This document shows positions 52,106 to 64,000 of a stretch of DNA of 64,000 bases, piece after piece. Made by a program: the position numbers and the translations under genes. This DNA comes from Felis catus (Eukaryota). The stretch is taken from assembly GCF_018350175.1 (NCBI RefSeq), contig NC_058368.1, forward strand, positions 122,886,001 to 122,950,000, given 5' to 3'. The notes below the pieces were generated by a model. It saw only the letters and a program-made list of their open reading frames with translations, had not been told where the DNA came from and did no database searches. Positions within the stretch are counted from its first letter, which is position 1. Each line of letters begins with the position of its first letter.

Positions 52106-53870
52106 AAACCATACACAGGTTTAAGAAATAGATGCCAAAAATATATCTCAGTTTAGTCTGAGAAGCCATGTGACAGCTAATATATGTTGTTTAAGTCTGC
52201 TTTCATAGAGCATTTGAGTTGGACAAAGAGGTTAAGACTGCAAGATGCCACTACCATACTGAGGAAAAAAATGACAAAAACCTGAAAGAAATTTATTTTG
52301 TTTTTGTGTTGGCTTGTCTGCTTATGCATGTACATGATGATGTTTTTAGTGATTCAAAGATTTCATTGACTTGGGCTTAAAACTCACTCATTATGAGCAG
52401 ACAAGAGAAAACCGAGGTTAATTTAATACCCATTGTGAGGTGCAATGGCAGTCAGGGTAACAGAGCTCAGATTTCCTGAAAAAAAAGAAAATAATGCTTG
52501 ACTCACAGCTGCTGTAAATTAAGCAAGATCTACCTGTTTCATGACAAGTATTTGAAACAAAGCATACAGACCCTTGAGTGGGGAAAAAACAGCTTGAATC
52601 ATCAGGGGAAAAAAAGCACACAGAGATTGGAAATTTAGTAGAGACATATTTTGTTGACATGAAAAGATGGTTACCTTGTAAGAACTACAAAACAATGCCT
52701 AGAGTATGGTCCCATTAATGAAATTGTATGTCTGAGTGTGTTTATAGTCGCATGTTTAAAAAAATCTAGAAGGAAATATTTCAAAACGCTAACAGTAATC
52801 ATTTCTTGATGACAGGCTTATGGGTGATTTTCCTTTTATACATTTATATATTACCTTTTTTTGTTCCTTGCAATGAGGATATATTTTTTAAATGTGAAAA
52901 AAAACCCTTTAAAAGATAAAATTTAATTATATTGGTGAATATTTATTTAAATTAGAATGTCTAGTGTGACAGATCTCACTTGTACTACAAGCTAATTAAT
53001 TATAAAGGACACTTCCCAAATGTGGAATGATAGTTCAAATGGCTTAATTTGCTCTTTGGCCACTGCTGAAGTACCAAATAGTCAGACACAAAGTATGTGC
53101 CTAGGGCATTGGCAAAGAAAGGAAGACACCAAAAAATTAGAATATTTTTGGAGAAAAGTACTAAATTTTTGGTATTTCACAAAAGTGTAAAAGTATTTGC
53201 CCAGGGAAAATATCAGTAAGCTGCTGAACTGATGTACACATTTTTATGATTTAATATCATTTTTAATTATAAGAACATGTACATGGAACGATGCTTAGGA
53301 AGTATAGGTGGGAGGTATGGCTAAGTGTTTTCAAGGTCCGAGGTCTATAGAAATCTTAATTTGGTCCTAAGCACAGAAATAAATTACATTACTTCCCAAG
53401 CTGGATGTCACTAAAAATAAAAACAATACTTAGCCATAAAATAAGGGCACATCAATCCAACAAAATTCTGATTTTTCCCCAAACAAATGCAACTATGCTT
53501 TTCTAAAATATCAAGAATCCAGCTTTTCTCCAAAATAATTCTTGCATGCACCATTTTTTGAGGGGGAGGCTGATACCCTAAGCATACACTGAGTCTATTT
53601 GGCAATTCAATGTGATCAAAGAGCAAATCATGGCACCTGACATATTCAAATAAAAATTCAAATACAAATAGCCACATTTAATGCAGATTTACTATATTTG
53701 ATATTTTAAAATTCTAATTAGCAAGATAATATGTTAAATGTTCTAACATGGCAGATGTGGGCTCATGGGATTTGATATCCAGGTCCAGTTAGACCATTTA
53801 CCAAACCCAAACTTGGACAAGTCTAACTTCTTTGAGCCTGTTTCCACTTATTTAAAATAGCTATAATGAT

Positions 53871-54014
53871 GGAGCACCTGGGTGGCTCAGTAAGTAGGTT
53901 TGGCTCAGGTCATGATCTTCAGATTTTTAGATACAGCCCAGGGTGGGGCTTAGTGTGGAGTGTGAAGCCTGGTTGGGATTCTCTCTCTCCGCCCCCCCCC
54001 CCACTCGTGCGCAG

Positions 54015-54054
<40 letters not shown>

Positions 54055-54098
54055 GCACACACACAAAATAAATACATAAACTTAAAAAAAAAAAACAT
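53871..54098 (+). mobile_element. CanSINE inserted in a MIR (~53750-54210)
   Basis: TSD taaaatag(c/t)tataatga. Confidence 0.92.
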
Positions 54099-55439
54099 CT
54101 AAAATAGTTATAATGACAGTTTTACCAGCAAGATAGAATGTGGGGGAATATTAGATGAAAAATAAAGAATGTAAAAAGACTTTGTGAACTACAAAAGATG
54201 ATATTAATGTAAGGTGTAATGGTGGTACTTATTACAACTATATTCTTTCCACATCTATATATCTTATGTATATATCTGCATATCCTACAGAATATGTAGG
54301 ATATTCTACATTGCTAGGATATGCAAATTTGTCCAGTCATGTAAGAGCTCTACAAATAGTTTGATTATATGATTAATTCCTCTTTTGTAAAAACACAGTT
54401 TTTACTTGGTAGAATAATAGTTGGGATATACAAACAGGAGGAATTTTGTAACTGACCTCTCACATTAACACTCAGGTATAAATCTGGTTTATTTATTTCA
54501 GGCAGAACAACAGATTCTTGAGTTATTTATGTTGAAACTTCCATGATAAATTTGGTTTTCTTTTAGGTTGTAATCATGGAAAACAAATCATTAATCTTTT
54601 TACGAATCTATGAGAAATGTAGAAAATGGTTTTGACTTTTCAGACATTTACTAAGTCATCCTTTTGGAGTCTAGAAGCATGTACATAAAACTGAAATATG
54701 TTCTGAGGTCACTTGAAGAAATAGGGAACATCCTATTACAAAGTGAGGAATTAGATAATGTATGCTATGCTCCAACTAAAACAAATTTCTAGTCAAAATA
54801 TTTAACATTCCAACACGATTGGCATTTACAAGACAGTGTTTGAGAAAAGGGTAATTAACAAAATTTGTATGTTGTTAAACAGCACATTTACACAATAACT
54901 TGCATGTATTTTTCAAATACTTTGTTCTGAAATCAACTTGATGGCTTTTGAATTATTTTGTATCTAGACCCACTTAACTGCATTTTAGTTTTCAAAATTA
55001 GCCATACAACAGGGAATAATTTTAATATGACTGTTAGATATCAGACTACACAAAGTTGCTGAGAAAAGACTCTTCTGAAGAGGCCAATATTTAGTTCCAT
55101 GCATCCTGACAAGATGACATATAAAATTTTCCAAGCAGATGGTCAATCGATTTCTTTAAAAATATACAGATTCTGTAATTTAGAAGCCCACTGCAAAAGG
55201 GAGTCTTAATGTTACGAAGTACCAGATACTAAACAACTAAAGCACACTTTAAAATAGACAGTTTACTCTAGAAAAAGCCAGAGAAGTTCTTGACAAAGAA
55301 TCTAGTCTACACTATCTGAAGTAAGTGCATGTCTAGGTCAAACTTTTGGAGGTTTTGATGAAAGAAAGAATGCACGGTCTAATCTGGTTGCCCAGTTGAC
55401 AACTCAACTTTGCTATCAGGAAGTTCTACATTGTCTATA

Positions 55440-55617
55440 TATATATATTTTTAAGTTTATTGATTTATTTTGAGAGAGAGAGAACATGCAGGGGAAGAGC
55501 AGAGAGAAGGAGAGAGAGGATCCCCGATGTGGGGTTTGAACTCATGAACCTCGAGATCATGACCTGAGCCAAAACCAAGAGTTGGACGCTTAACGAACTG
55601 AGCCACCCAGGTGTCCC
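55440..55617 (-). mobile_element. CanSINE with internal deletion, within a probable L3/CR1 relic (~55300-55900)
   Basis: TSD-like tctacatt..ctatat; flanks resemble CR1 (tctcttctccaaatgaaataattctagtttcctt). Confidence 0.85.
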
Positions 55618-58088
55618 TCTACATTCTATATTTCTAATCTTCATTTTTCCTGATGAAACCCACTGACTAAATTTTAGGCTCCAAATAAACCCCAGCTCTT
55701 CTGAAGCAAATGATTGTCTTCTCTCAATTTTCTCTTCTCCAAATGAAATAATTCTAGTTTCCTTATCCTTTGTTAGAGAATTTCACTTGTAGTCCTTTAA
55801 ACACACTTCATTTTTGTGTGGCCCTTCAGCAAAGGCCATATAATTGTCTCAAGCTGTGGGATCAAAAACTAGGTCTATGATTCCCATCAGGGTCTTACCA
55901 CACAGGTGAAACGTGCTACTACTGATAGTCTGTTCTGTGTCCACGGCCTACAGTGATTGGCCTCTGCCCTAACTATACCAACTTCTCCTATAAAACCACA
56001 ACCCAATGAAAACTCAACACAAAGGAAATAAAACAAAGCCCCATTGCATGAAACAGGATCAACCAAAACATGTCTTAATTTCTTAAGCTTACTGTCGATA
56101 TATCTGAAATTTTAATTTTTGGAAGTCAAAAGTTATTAAAAGATGTAGGATGCAGTGTGTTATAAATATTTGATATGACATGTAAGACCAGTACCTCTTT
56201 CCTTGCTCTACTTTCTTTAGCTGTTATAATTAGGCACACGATAGCATGACTTTACAGAGTTGTGAATCTACATAATATATGACATGCTGTGAGCATATTA
56301 AATCCATTCTTCCACTAAATCTTCCTATATATAAACCAACTAGAATATTTATTCTCTGAGAAATTAAACTATAAACTTGATTCAAACACATGTAAAAATT
56401 TTAACTGAGGGGGCAGTGTGTAAAATAAAATGCAAGATTAAGACAAAAAATAATGTTACTTTACATTGCAAAAAAATGTTTGCACTGACAATGATATTGT
56501 TTGAGAAGAGATGGATGGATAAAACTAGTCCATATGATGAATGTAATACACTTTTACCTGCAAGGATTTTTCTGGCTTTAATTCAATGAGATCCATTATC
56601 CCGGGTAGTAATGGAGCCCTGTACCCTACTCATTTCAGGCATCTTCAGTCTCCTGAGCTGCCTTAAAGCCTTGACATAATAAAGGTCAAACAGATCCCAG
56701 TAAGCATTTGTAAACTACAACAGCCCCCCATTTCGGGCTACAAGCCACACATTCTCATGCTAAGCTTTGCTCACTCTCTTGTTTCATTTCATTGTATAAG
56801 CAGGCTAATTTGGAAATGGCTAAGGTACTTGGGAACACCTATATTTTCAAAACAATCCCACTTTCCTACTTAACCACCTAAATAAATAGACCCATAATAC
56901 AACATTTGAGAGAACTATAAAATGGTGCCTGGATACTGAAGGAATGAAGACCAAATAGCAAGCAGCCTTATCAAATAAAATGAATGCATTTCACCTTCCA
57001 GCTTGTCTGTGCTTCCCTGGGACACAAGGCATTAAACATGAAGGGGATGGAGTGGAATTTTGAGAAAACTGATTTGTTTCAATATTCACTTGGCAAGATG
57101 CTGGACACAAAATAATACCACAAGCCACCTCCCTTTCCCATCATTGTAAATTCAGGGCTCTCAAGTCACCTCCCACAAACCCAATTAAAAATAAAGAAAA
57201 GAGGCAGGCTGTGAATTCGCATCTAGTGCTAAGATACAGAATTAAATGATAGGCATCTGTCCTAATTGGTCACAATGAAACTAAGGGACAATAACAAGAA
57301 TAAATCTCACATTAATCCAAATGAAGCCAATGAATAATAATACAAACCAGAAGCATAGTTTCAAAAATGTGCAATTACTTCCAAGCATGCAAGGACATTT
57401 ATAACCCATAAATATGATTGCAAAGCACAGTATGCATATAAATGTTTCCTAAATGCACTAGAAACATGTGTATATAAGATATGTATATCCATAGGATACA
57501 CATTTGTATGTTCACAATCACATCTATCTACTAAAAATCAAACTCTATCCGGCAAATCGCTTCTCAACAAGAGTGCATTAGAATATGAAATGGAATGATA
57601 AATTCCGGGGCCACCTTTTCTTAGCGATGAAGGAAATAAGCAAAATCACCTTATAATTAGGCCGGGAAGCTCAGGAGGCACCAAATGGGTTTTTGAGGAA
57701 GGCCCAACCCTGTATGAGAGCTGCAAATTAAATGAGTCCTTTCAATAACACCCATTTCTTGTTAGGTCTTTTTCCACCCCTGATTCTGCTCCTAAGCTTG
57801 GAAGGAAAGGGACCAAGTGGCTCAGTCTGCATTCTGAGCCGGTTCAAGATAAAATCAGACCTTTTTTCTTTTTCTTTTCTTTCTTTTTTTTTTTTTTAAA
57901 TACACAGCGGATGCTTTCTTACTTCTCTCTTCCTGGCAACCTTCCTCTCCCTCCATCCCCATCTCTGTCTCCACATCTTCCTCTCCTACTCTGAGGGAGT
58001 CATTGTTCAAGTGCTGGCCGCAAACGTACACACAGGTCCTTTAACAGGCAGCTACACCAAGAAGATAGCCCCACAGTCTCCTGCTTAC

Positions 58089-58400
58089 CATGCTGAGACC
58101 CGGAGAAGCTGTTGAAAGGAGGGAGAGATGCAAACTGAATCCATTTTCCTTGTGACCGAGTCGGATGCAGCCTCCGAACCCAACATCAGCAGCTGCCGGT
58201 GGGATTTTTTTCCCTCGCTCTCTGGTTGGCGACGGGGCGAAGAGGAACCACCCTTCCAGCCTCACTAGAGCATCAGCAGTCGAGGCGACAGGAGCAGCGG
58301 CATCACCACTTGGCCTCCTCCCTCTCGGAGGATGGGGTGAGCTCAGAAGCAGCCAGGAACTTGCAGCAGACACCTCCTCTGGCTCCTCCTCTCTTGCCCC
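58089..58400 (-). other. JAKMIP2: First exon (5' leader ending in ATG) of a minus-strand gene, tentatively JAKMIP2; 5' boundary approximate
   Basis: Strong donor ATG|GTAAGC at 58089/58088, local CpG/GC enrichment, adjacent promoter motifs. Identity rests on my recollection of the human leader ...CAGCTTCTCCGGGTCTCAGCATG and on absence of coding exons in 58 kb downstream (large intron 1); not verified. Confidence 0.55.
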
Positions 58401-58510
58401 CTCCCCCAAGGCCCCACCCCTGCTGCGGTAGAGGCTGCCTGTCCTGGCAGCTGCTGGTTGTCATGGCAACGACCAATGGTGAGCCACCAGACTAAGGGGG
58501 AGGGGAGATG
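58395..58510 (-). promoter_or_regulatory. TATA-less core promoter: GC/KLF boxes, E-box, RFX X-box, CCAAT
   Basis: CCCCTCCCC ~58397, CCCCACCC ~58412, CAGCTG 58448-58453, GTTGTCATGGCAAC 58457-58470, CCAAT 58473-58477, GGGGGAGGGG ~58496. Confidence 0.78.
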
Positions 58511-59593
58511 GGTGAAATGAGCTGCAGGGCTGGAGGGGAGTGAATTTGTGCTGCTGCCCTCTGGGATGCTCTGGGTCTCTCCTACCCTGGACTCTGGGTC
58601 TTTAAAAATGGGGCAAGGGTGCAGAGGCAAAAGAGGAGAATAATTTGAATGTAATCGAAATCAAGGCTGAAACATACAAAATAGCTTAGCTATTTTTTGC
58701 ACTTTCTAAGGTTTTCCAAAAGAATGTATTAAAATTTGCCATCAGAAAAACATAACAAATGAAGAAAATCATATCGTGTAATCAGAGATTATAATTACTC
58801 CAAATATGTTTGTCCTTGATAGTATCTTTTACCCAATGTCACTCAAGGCTGTTAAAAAGCAAAGTAAGTGGCTGGACTTTGCAATAAAATAAGAGTCTGA
58901 TTCCTTAGCACTACTCTCTGCTTGTTCTTCTCAAGTGAGTCACTTGGTCTCACTGTTTTTCCAGTTCTCTCTCTGAATAGGATTTGGAGGTATTTGGCAC
59001 TCCCCTGTGGAAAAGAAAGTTGAAACAGAGGGAACAGAAATTTCTTGAGTAATCGTGGTTCTCCGTAACACCAACCAGTTGGTGGATAGTTCCATGCCTT
59101 TATAATGTCAAACTCCTGGAGTGTTAAATTTCCTGCAGGAAATTGTATGCCATTTTCACGGATGCCACTTTCATAGATGCCCTTTTGGAGTTCCCAAGCC
59201 AGCTGGTAGTCAGGGTGGTAGGTAGAAAAAGGAAGTGAAATCAGCAGTGTTCCGAGTTCTTGGTGAGTTCTGTTTCTAACTATAAAATTACAGATGATGC
59301 TAGTATCTATCTCATGCAGTCATGGTAAAGATTAATGAAATAATGCATTAAAAGCACTTGGCATGTAGTAAACATACAAACAAATGCTTACTAGTAGTAG
59401 TAGTCAGTAGTAGTACATCGTAGCTGCCTCTTAATCCAAGGGATCAAGGAATAGCATGGCAAGTTCAGAGAAGGCAAAAAATTGAGAGAAAACAATACAT
59501 AATAAATGTGATGGTGAGGATGATAGCAAAGACAGAGAGATCCTGAGAGATTAAGGGTTCTGTAAAATGTGACAACTGAGGATATTCTAAGTC

Positions 59594-59762
59594 TTTTTTT
59601 TAAGTTTATTTATTTTGAGAGAGACAAAGCATGAGTCAGGGAGAGAGAGGGAGAGACAGAATCCCAAGCAGGCTCTGCACTGTCAGCACAGAGCCCTACT
59701 CAGTGAGATCATGACCTGAGCCAAAGTTAGATGCTGAACCCACAGAGCCACCCAGGTACACC
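59594..59762 (-). mobile_element. CanSINE with internal deletion
   Basis: gaatcccaagcaggctctgcactgtcagcacagagccc...gagatcatgacctgagcc. Confidence 0.9.
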
Positions 59763-60559
59763 CTAGCAACACTGACTTGAAGATAGTTCAGTGGTCAAGG
59801 AAAGGGGTGCACTCATCCTTAGCACTTGGCATCGCCTCTTGGTTCTCTGCAAGGAGAAGCCTGCATCCTGCTCTGTGCACCTCGTGGCCCCTGCCTCGCC
59901 CACTAGCCCCTGAACAATCACGCAGTCTGCACATAATTCTACATCAGCGTCATGTAAATGTAGTCGCGTAACAGAATGGAATGGGTTGTAATGGTCTTGC
60001 TTCTTTTTGTATTCTTCTCTGCATTTCACCTTCTGCTGTCTCCACAGAGGTACTCATGTAAGTAAGCAGGAAATAAGGGTTGTAGAATCTCAGGCGTGAT
60101 GGGTGACAGAACCCTCCCCTCTGGCCTTGTGAGGAAGCATTTCATCTTTCACGCCAAAAGCTGACTTGATTGGGGAGAGTGAGTCCAATTTTTCTCCCTC
60201 CTCCCATCAACACAGGCAGAATCAATGGGGGAAGAAAAAAATGTTTGGTGCTCCCCGTGTGAATAATTTAATCATTCAAATGCTCTTGCACTTTTTGCCA
60301 CATCCATGCAGCATTGTTATCATTATTTAATAATAGTTTTTTTTTTAATATTTAATTGTTTACCATTTATTTTTATCTACTTTAATTATTTGTTACTTAT
60401 TTTAAAATGAAATTGGTCTCTGGCTTCAGGAGAATATAAATAAAAATAAGCATGGTACAGAGAGTGTCCTCAGAGAAAGGAACCTGAATCAAAATAATAT
60501 ATTTTGGGAGGCTAACACAGAGACTTCAACTTTATTTGTAATCATTTTAAATGTTTAAA

Positions 60560-60800
60560 ATTTCACTCCTTCTCTCCATTGCCATCTCCTTTCTTAGGAT
60601 ACTCTGTTTTTCCATGGTATTTGTCATCTTCTAACATACTATATTATTATTTGTCCTTCTACATTTTTTGGTATCTGTTTCTCCCCACTAGAATGGAAGC
60701 TATAACGGGGCAAGGATTTTTTATTTGCTTGTCTTTTTATTTGTGAACAGTCCCTGACCTATATTAGGTGTTCAATAAATGTTTGTTGAACAAATAAACC
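60560..60800 (+). mobile_element. L2 3' end
   Basis: ctccccactagaatggaagct...taggtgttcaataaatgtttgttgaa. Confidence 0.78.
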
Positions 60801-61244
60801 AGTAAATAAATAAAATATCAACAACTTCTCCACTAAATCATGGCTATAGAAGTTATTGTTATAACATTATTTCTCCAGTTATATATTTTTGATATTTCTC
60901 AAAATTAAAAACTAAGATAATTACACAAAATATCTTATCATAATGCATATTAGCATAATGTCTATCCAAAGCATATTTTAAATATACATAGCTATGAATA
61001 TGGAACCGTTTGCTCATGCATATTCAAAGTCACCTAGCACATCGCCAGTAGTATGCATGGCATTCTTTGAGAAATACTGATTTTGTTCTAAGAATGTCTT
61101 CTCCAGGAGTACCAACAGTGAGCAGACTGTCTACCTCTTCTGGGACCTTTCCAATTTTGACTTCTGGATTCTATGAGATATCTGAAAAAAGCATAGGGTG
61201 TGGGTCTTGGCTCCAAAAGCAGCATTAAATTTTCAGGAGAAACC

Positions 61245-61490
61245 ACAGCATAATGGGAGGAAGCTGCAAAGTGTAGGCTTTGAAGACCGACTTTTTGGAT
61301 TGAGTTCATGTTTCACCATTTGTTTTCTGAGTGACCTTGGGCAAGATGCTTCATTTCTGTGTGCCTCAGTTTCTTCATTGTAGGACATGAGAGCAGTATC
61401 GACTTCTTTGTGTTGTTTTGAAGATCAAAGTTATTACTGCAAAAAGCTAGTAAGTATCTGGCATGTAATAAATAACATAATATTTAGCTC
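61245..61490 (+). mobile_element. MIR
   Basis: gtgaccttgggcaagatgcttcatttctgtgtgcctcagtttcttcat. Confidence 0.85.
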
Positions 61491-61872
61491 ATATCATTAT
61501 AAATATCATTTTAAGTAACTATGGTTATGCATAGCATATTTTTCAAGATGTTTCCAAAATACTCAGATCACTCAGAGTTATTCTAAAAACTTTGTTATGG
61601 TTGCACACTGGTTTTCAGCAGACCATGAGGAATTCTGGAGATGTTTATCTCAGAGATAGGCCAATGTCTTCATTTCCCCCAAAAAGGGGAAAAAGGAAAA
61701 AGGCACAGTAGGAAGTGACTGTTTATTCTTGGTCTACTCTGTAAGAGGTTATTAACATATTATGTATTTCCAGAGAACATTAAACATAAGCAGTCAGGAT
61801 CTTTCTGAGTTCATTAAGAATAAGGATAACATTCTGACCTCACTGCATATCCCTTATTAATACTATCCGTAA

Positions 61873-61981
61873 CGGGCTGGTTCGGTAGGTAAAGCATGTG
61901 ACTCTTGATCTCGAGGTTATAAGTTCCAGCCCCACATTGGGTGTAGAGATCACTTAAAAGAAAACAAAATCTTTAAAAAAA
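61873..61981 (+). mobile_element. Short tRNA-derived SINE lacking the CT tract
   Basis: ggtaaagcatgtgactcttgatctcgaggttataagttccagccccacattgggtgtagag; TSD aatactatccgtaa / aatactaccagtaa. Confidence 0.82.
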
Positions 61982-62214
61982 ATACTACCAGTAAGCAAAT
62001 ATATTAAAAGAACCCTCCTGTGAACTCCATACACCTATGGCCAACCATCTTGTGAATGCCTTCCTGCATAGCAGGTGGACACATTGGCCTTTGCTCACCC
62101 TGTTCCACTAGCAGTGTCTTCCTTCCTCTAACTCTTCAACCTTCATAATGTATCCATCACTTCCTTTGGGGAGTCTTCAATGATACCAGGATTAGCATTA
62201 GAAGTGAGGTTCCC

Positions 62215-62812
62215 TGGTGCAGCCACTCTGGAAAATAGTATGGAGGTTCCTCAAAAAAATTTTTAAAAAACTACCCTACGACCCAGCAATCGCACTACAA
62301 GGCATTTATCCAAGGGATACAGGTATGCTGTTTCAAAGGGGCATATGCACCCCAATGTTTATAGCAGCACTATAAACAATAGCCAAAGTATGGAAAGAGC
62401 CCATATATCCATCGATGGATGAATGGATAAAGAAGAGGTGAGTATTACTCGGCAATGGAGTATTACTCGGCAATCAAAAAGAATCAAATCTTGCCATTTG
62501 CAACTACGTGGATGGAGCTAGAGGGTATTATGCTAAGCAAAATTAGTCAGAGAAAGACATATATATGAGGACTTTAAGACACAGAACAGATGAACACAAG
62601 GGAAGGGAAGCAAAAATAATATACAAATAGGGAGGGGGACAAAATATGAGAGACTCTTAAATGTGGAGAAAAGAGGGTTACTGGAGGGGTTGTGGGAGTG
62701 GGGATGGGCTAAATGGGTAAGGGACATTAAGGAATCTACTTCTGAAATCATTGTTGCACTATATGCTAACTAACTTGGATGTAAATTTAAAAATTAAATT
62801 AAATTTTAAAAA
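62215..62812 (+). mobile_element. 5'-truncated carnivore L1 3' end
   Basis: ctggtgcagccactctggaaaatagtatggaggttcctc start; TSD aagtgaggttcc / aagtaaggttcc. Confidence 0.92.
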
Positions 62813-62859
62813 AGTAAGGTTCCTGTGGTTCCCTGTCAGGTCTTTACTGCTGGCAAGTA

Positions 62860-63350
62860 GTTTCTTTGTCTTTCTTCCCTATTTGATTGTAAGCACTCTG
62901 AAGTCAGGGATATACTGTTCATTCATTAATGTATTGCTACATTAATCTAGCAAATATCTATTGCTAGCTGTTCCTGTGTGCTGTTCAAAAACTAGGGATA
63001 TAGCTGTGAATAAGACAACATGAGCAGTCTCTTCATGGAGTTTATAGTCTAAAAGGAAAGAGAAACTACAAAATAAAATATAATTAAATTATAGGGAGGG
63101 CTACAATAGAGAACCATCTGAAGCTCTGATAGCTCATAAAGAGAGGATATAATGTAGCTTAGGAGCCCAAGGAAGGTATCACTGGAGGGATAATGGGGTG
63201 GGGTAAGGTAGGGGCAGGTGGTTTCAGACAAAGGGAAGGAAATGTACACAGGTGCTGAGATGTGCAAGAACATGCGTGTTACTCACTTTTTACTCAGTCC
63301 TGGCTTCCCGCACAGTACCTGTGCACATTACACACACTCAGATGTTTGCT
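62860..63350. mobile_element. L2 fragments in both orientations
   Basis: gattgtaagcactctgaagtcaggga; gggatatagctgtgaataagaca...catggagtttatagtcta. Confidence 0.65.
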
Positions 63351-64000
63351 GAAAGCATCTACCTCCTTCCCCATCACCACTCACACACATAAGCACAAAA
63401 CTTCTTTCCTCCGTGTTTTTTTTTTTTTAATTTATTTGAAGATTTAGAGTCTGTCAATAGCTAAGGAGCCGACAGGTTGCATGGGATGAGAAGGAATGAA
63501 GGGAGGCCAAAAGGTTAACTGTTCTTACAGTAGAAAAAGAGGTGTCATGCTAACAGTGGCCACTGCTCCATTATTTATTAAGTAAGATTTACATGGTAAC
63601 ACAAACCTTTGCTCTGATATTGAAACGTGAAACAGTTTTTCCCTTTCAGGTCCTGGGCAGCTGTATATTACCCCATGGCCGACAGCACATGGGCTTAGGT
63701 TACCAGCAAATGAGGGACACCAAAGAAAAATGTTCCATTTCAGTGAACTTTTACAGAATTTTGCAATCAGAAAATCTACAAGTCAGTGTGTTTGATTTCA
63801 GAATATATGCAAGTTCTATTTTAATTTTAGTACAGTTTTTGCTTTTAGTTGTCTATTGGAGGCACCATAATTTTCGTAATTCTTACGGCGCTTAGTAACT
63901 CAAAACATCTTACTACGTACAGCTCTAGGTGTAGAGAACATGAGCCACATAACACAATAAGCACATGCATCCCAGAGTGAACGTCATGATGGAGCTTAGA

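Noticed and set aside
58041..58630. Overlapping 88-122 aa ORFs at the promoter
   Set aside because: Expected in GC-rich sequence; alternative starts, no recognisable protein, and the minus ORF runs through a strong splice donor.
61873..61981. tRNA gene
   Set aside because: tRNA-like boxes belong to a SINE with A tail and TSD; no intact cloverleaf. Same applies to all CanSINE heads.

Overview
AT-rich mammalian genomic DNA, almost certainly felid, judged from young cat-type CanSINEs (SINEC_Fc-like) and an L1_Fc-like LINE. I find no intact protein-coding ORF; the long ORFs in the track are L1 ORF2 remnants, a GAPDH retrocopy or SINE/microsatellite artefacts. A promoter and first exon lie on the minus strand at about 58.09-58.5 kb (RFX X-box, CCAAT, GC boxes, several upstream AUGs, exon ending ATG|GTAAG). 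From memory this resembles the JAKMIP2 5' leader (unverified), which would make 1-58088 part of a very large first intron. That region is filled with L1, L2, MIR, CanSINE, MaLR/ERV solo LTRs, a MER58-like element and a 5'-truncated GAPDH processed pseudogene. I see no new gene system. The most notable structures are genome-rearrangement footprints: a young L1 nested in an older L1 and carrying a ~200-bp 3' transduction inside one 16-bp TSD, an internal deletion just after its FADD motif, an ~85-bp insertion apparently copied from a site 3.7 kb upstream and then reiterated, a ~50-bp L1 stub with a SINE-like second tail, SINE-in-SINE nests, and several perfect palindromes. Repeat family names are by eye and boundaries of old repeats are approximate.
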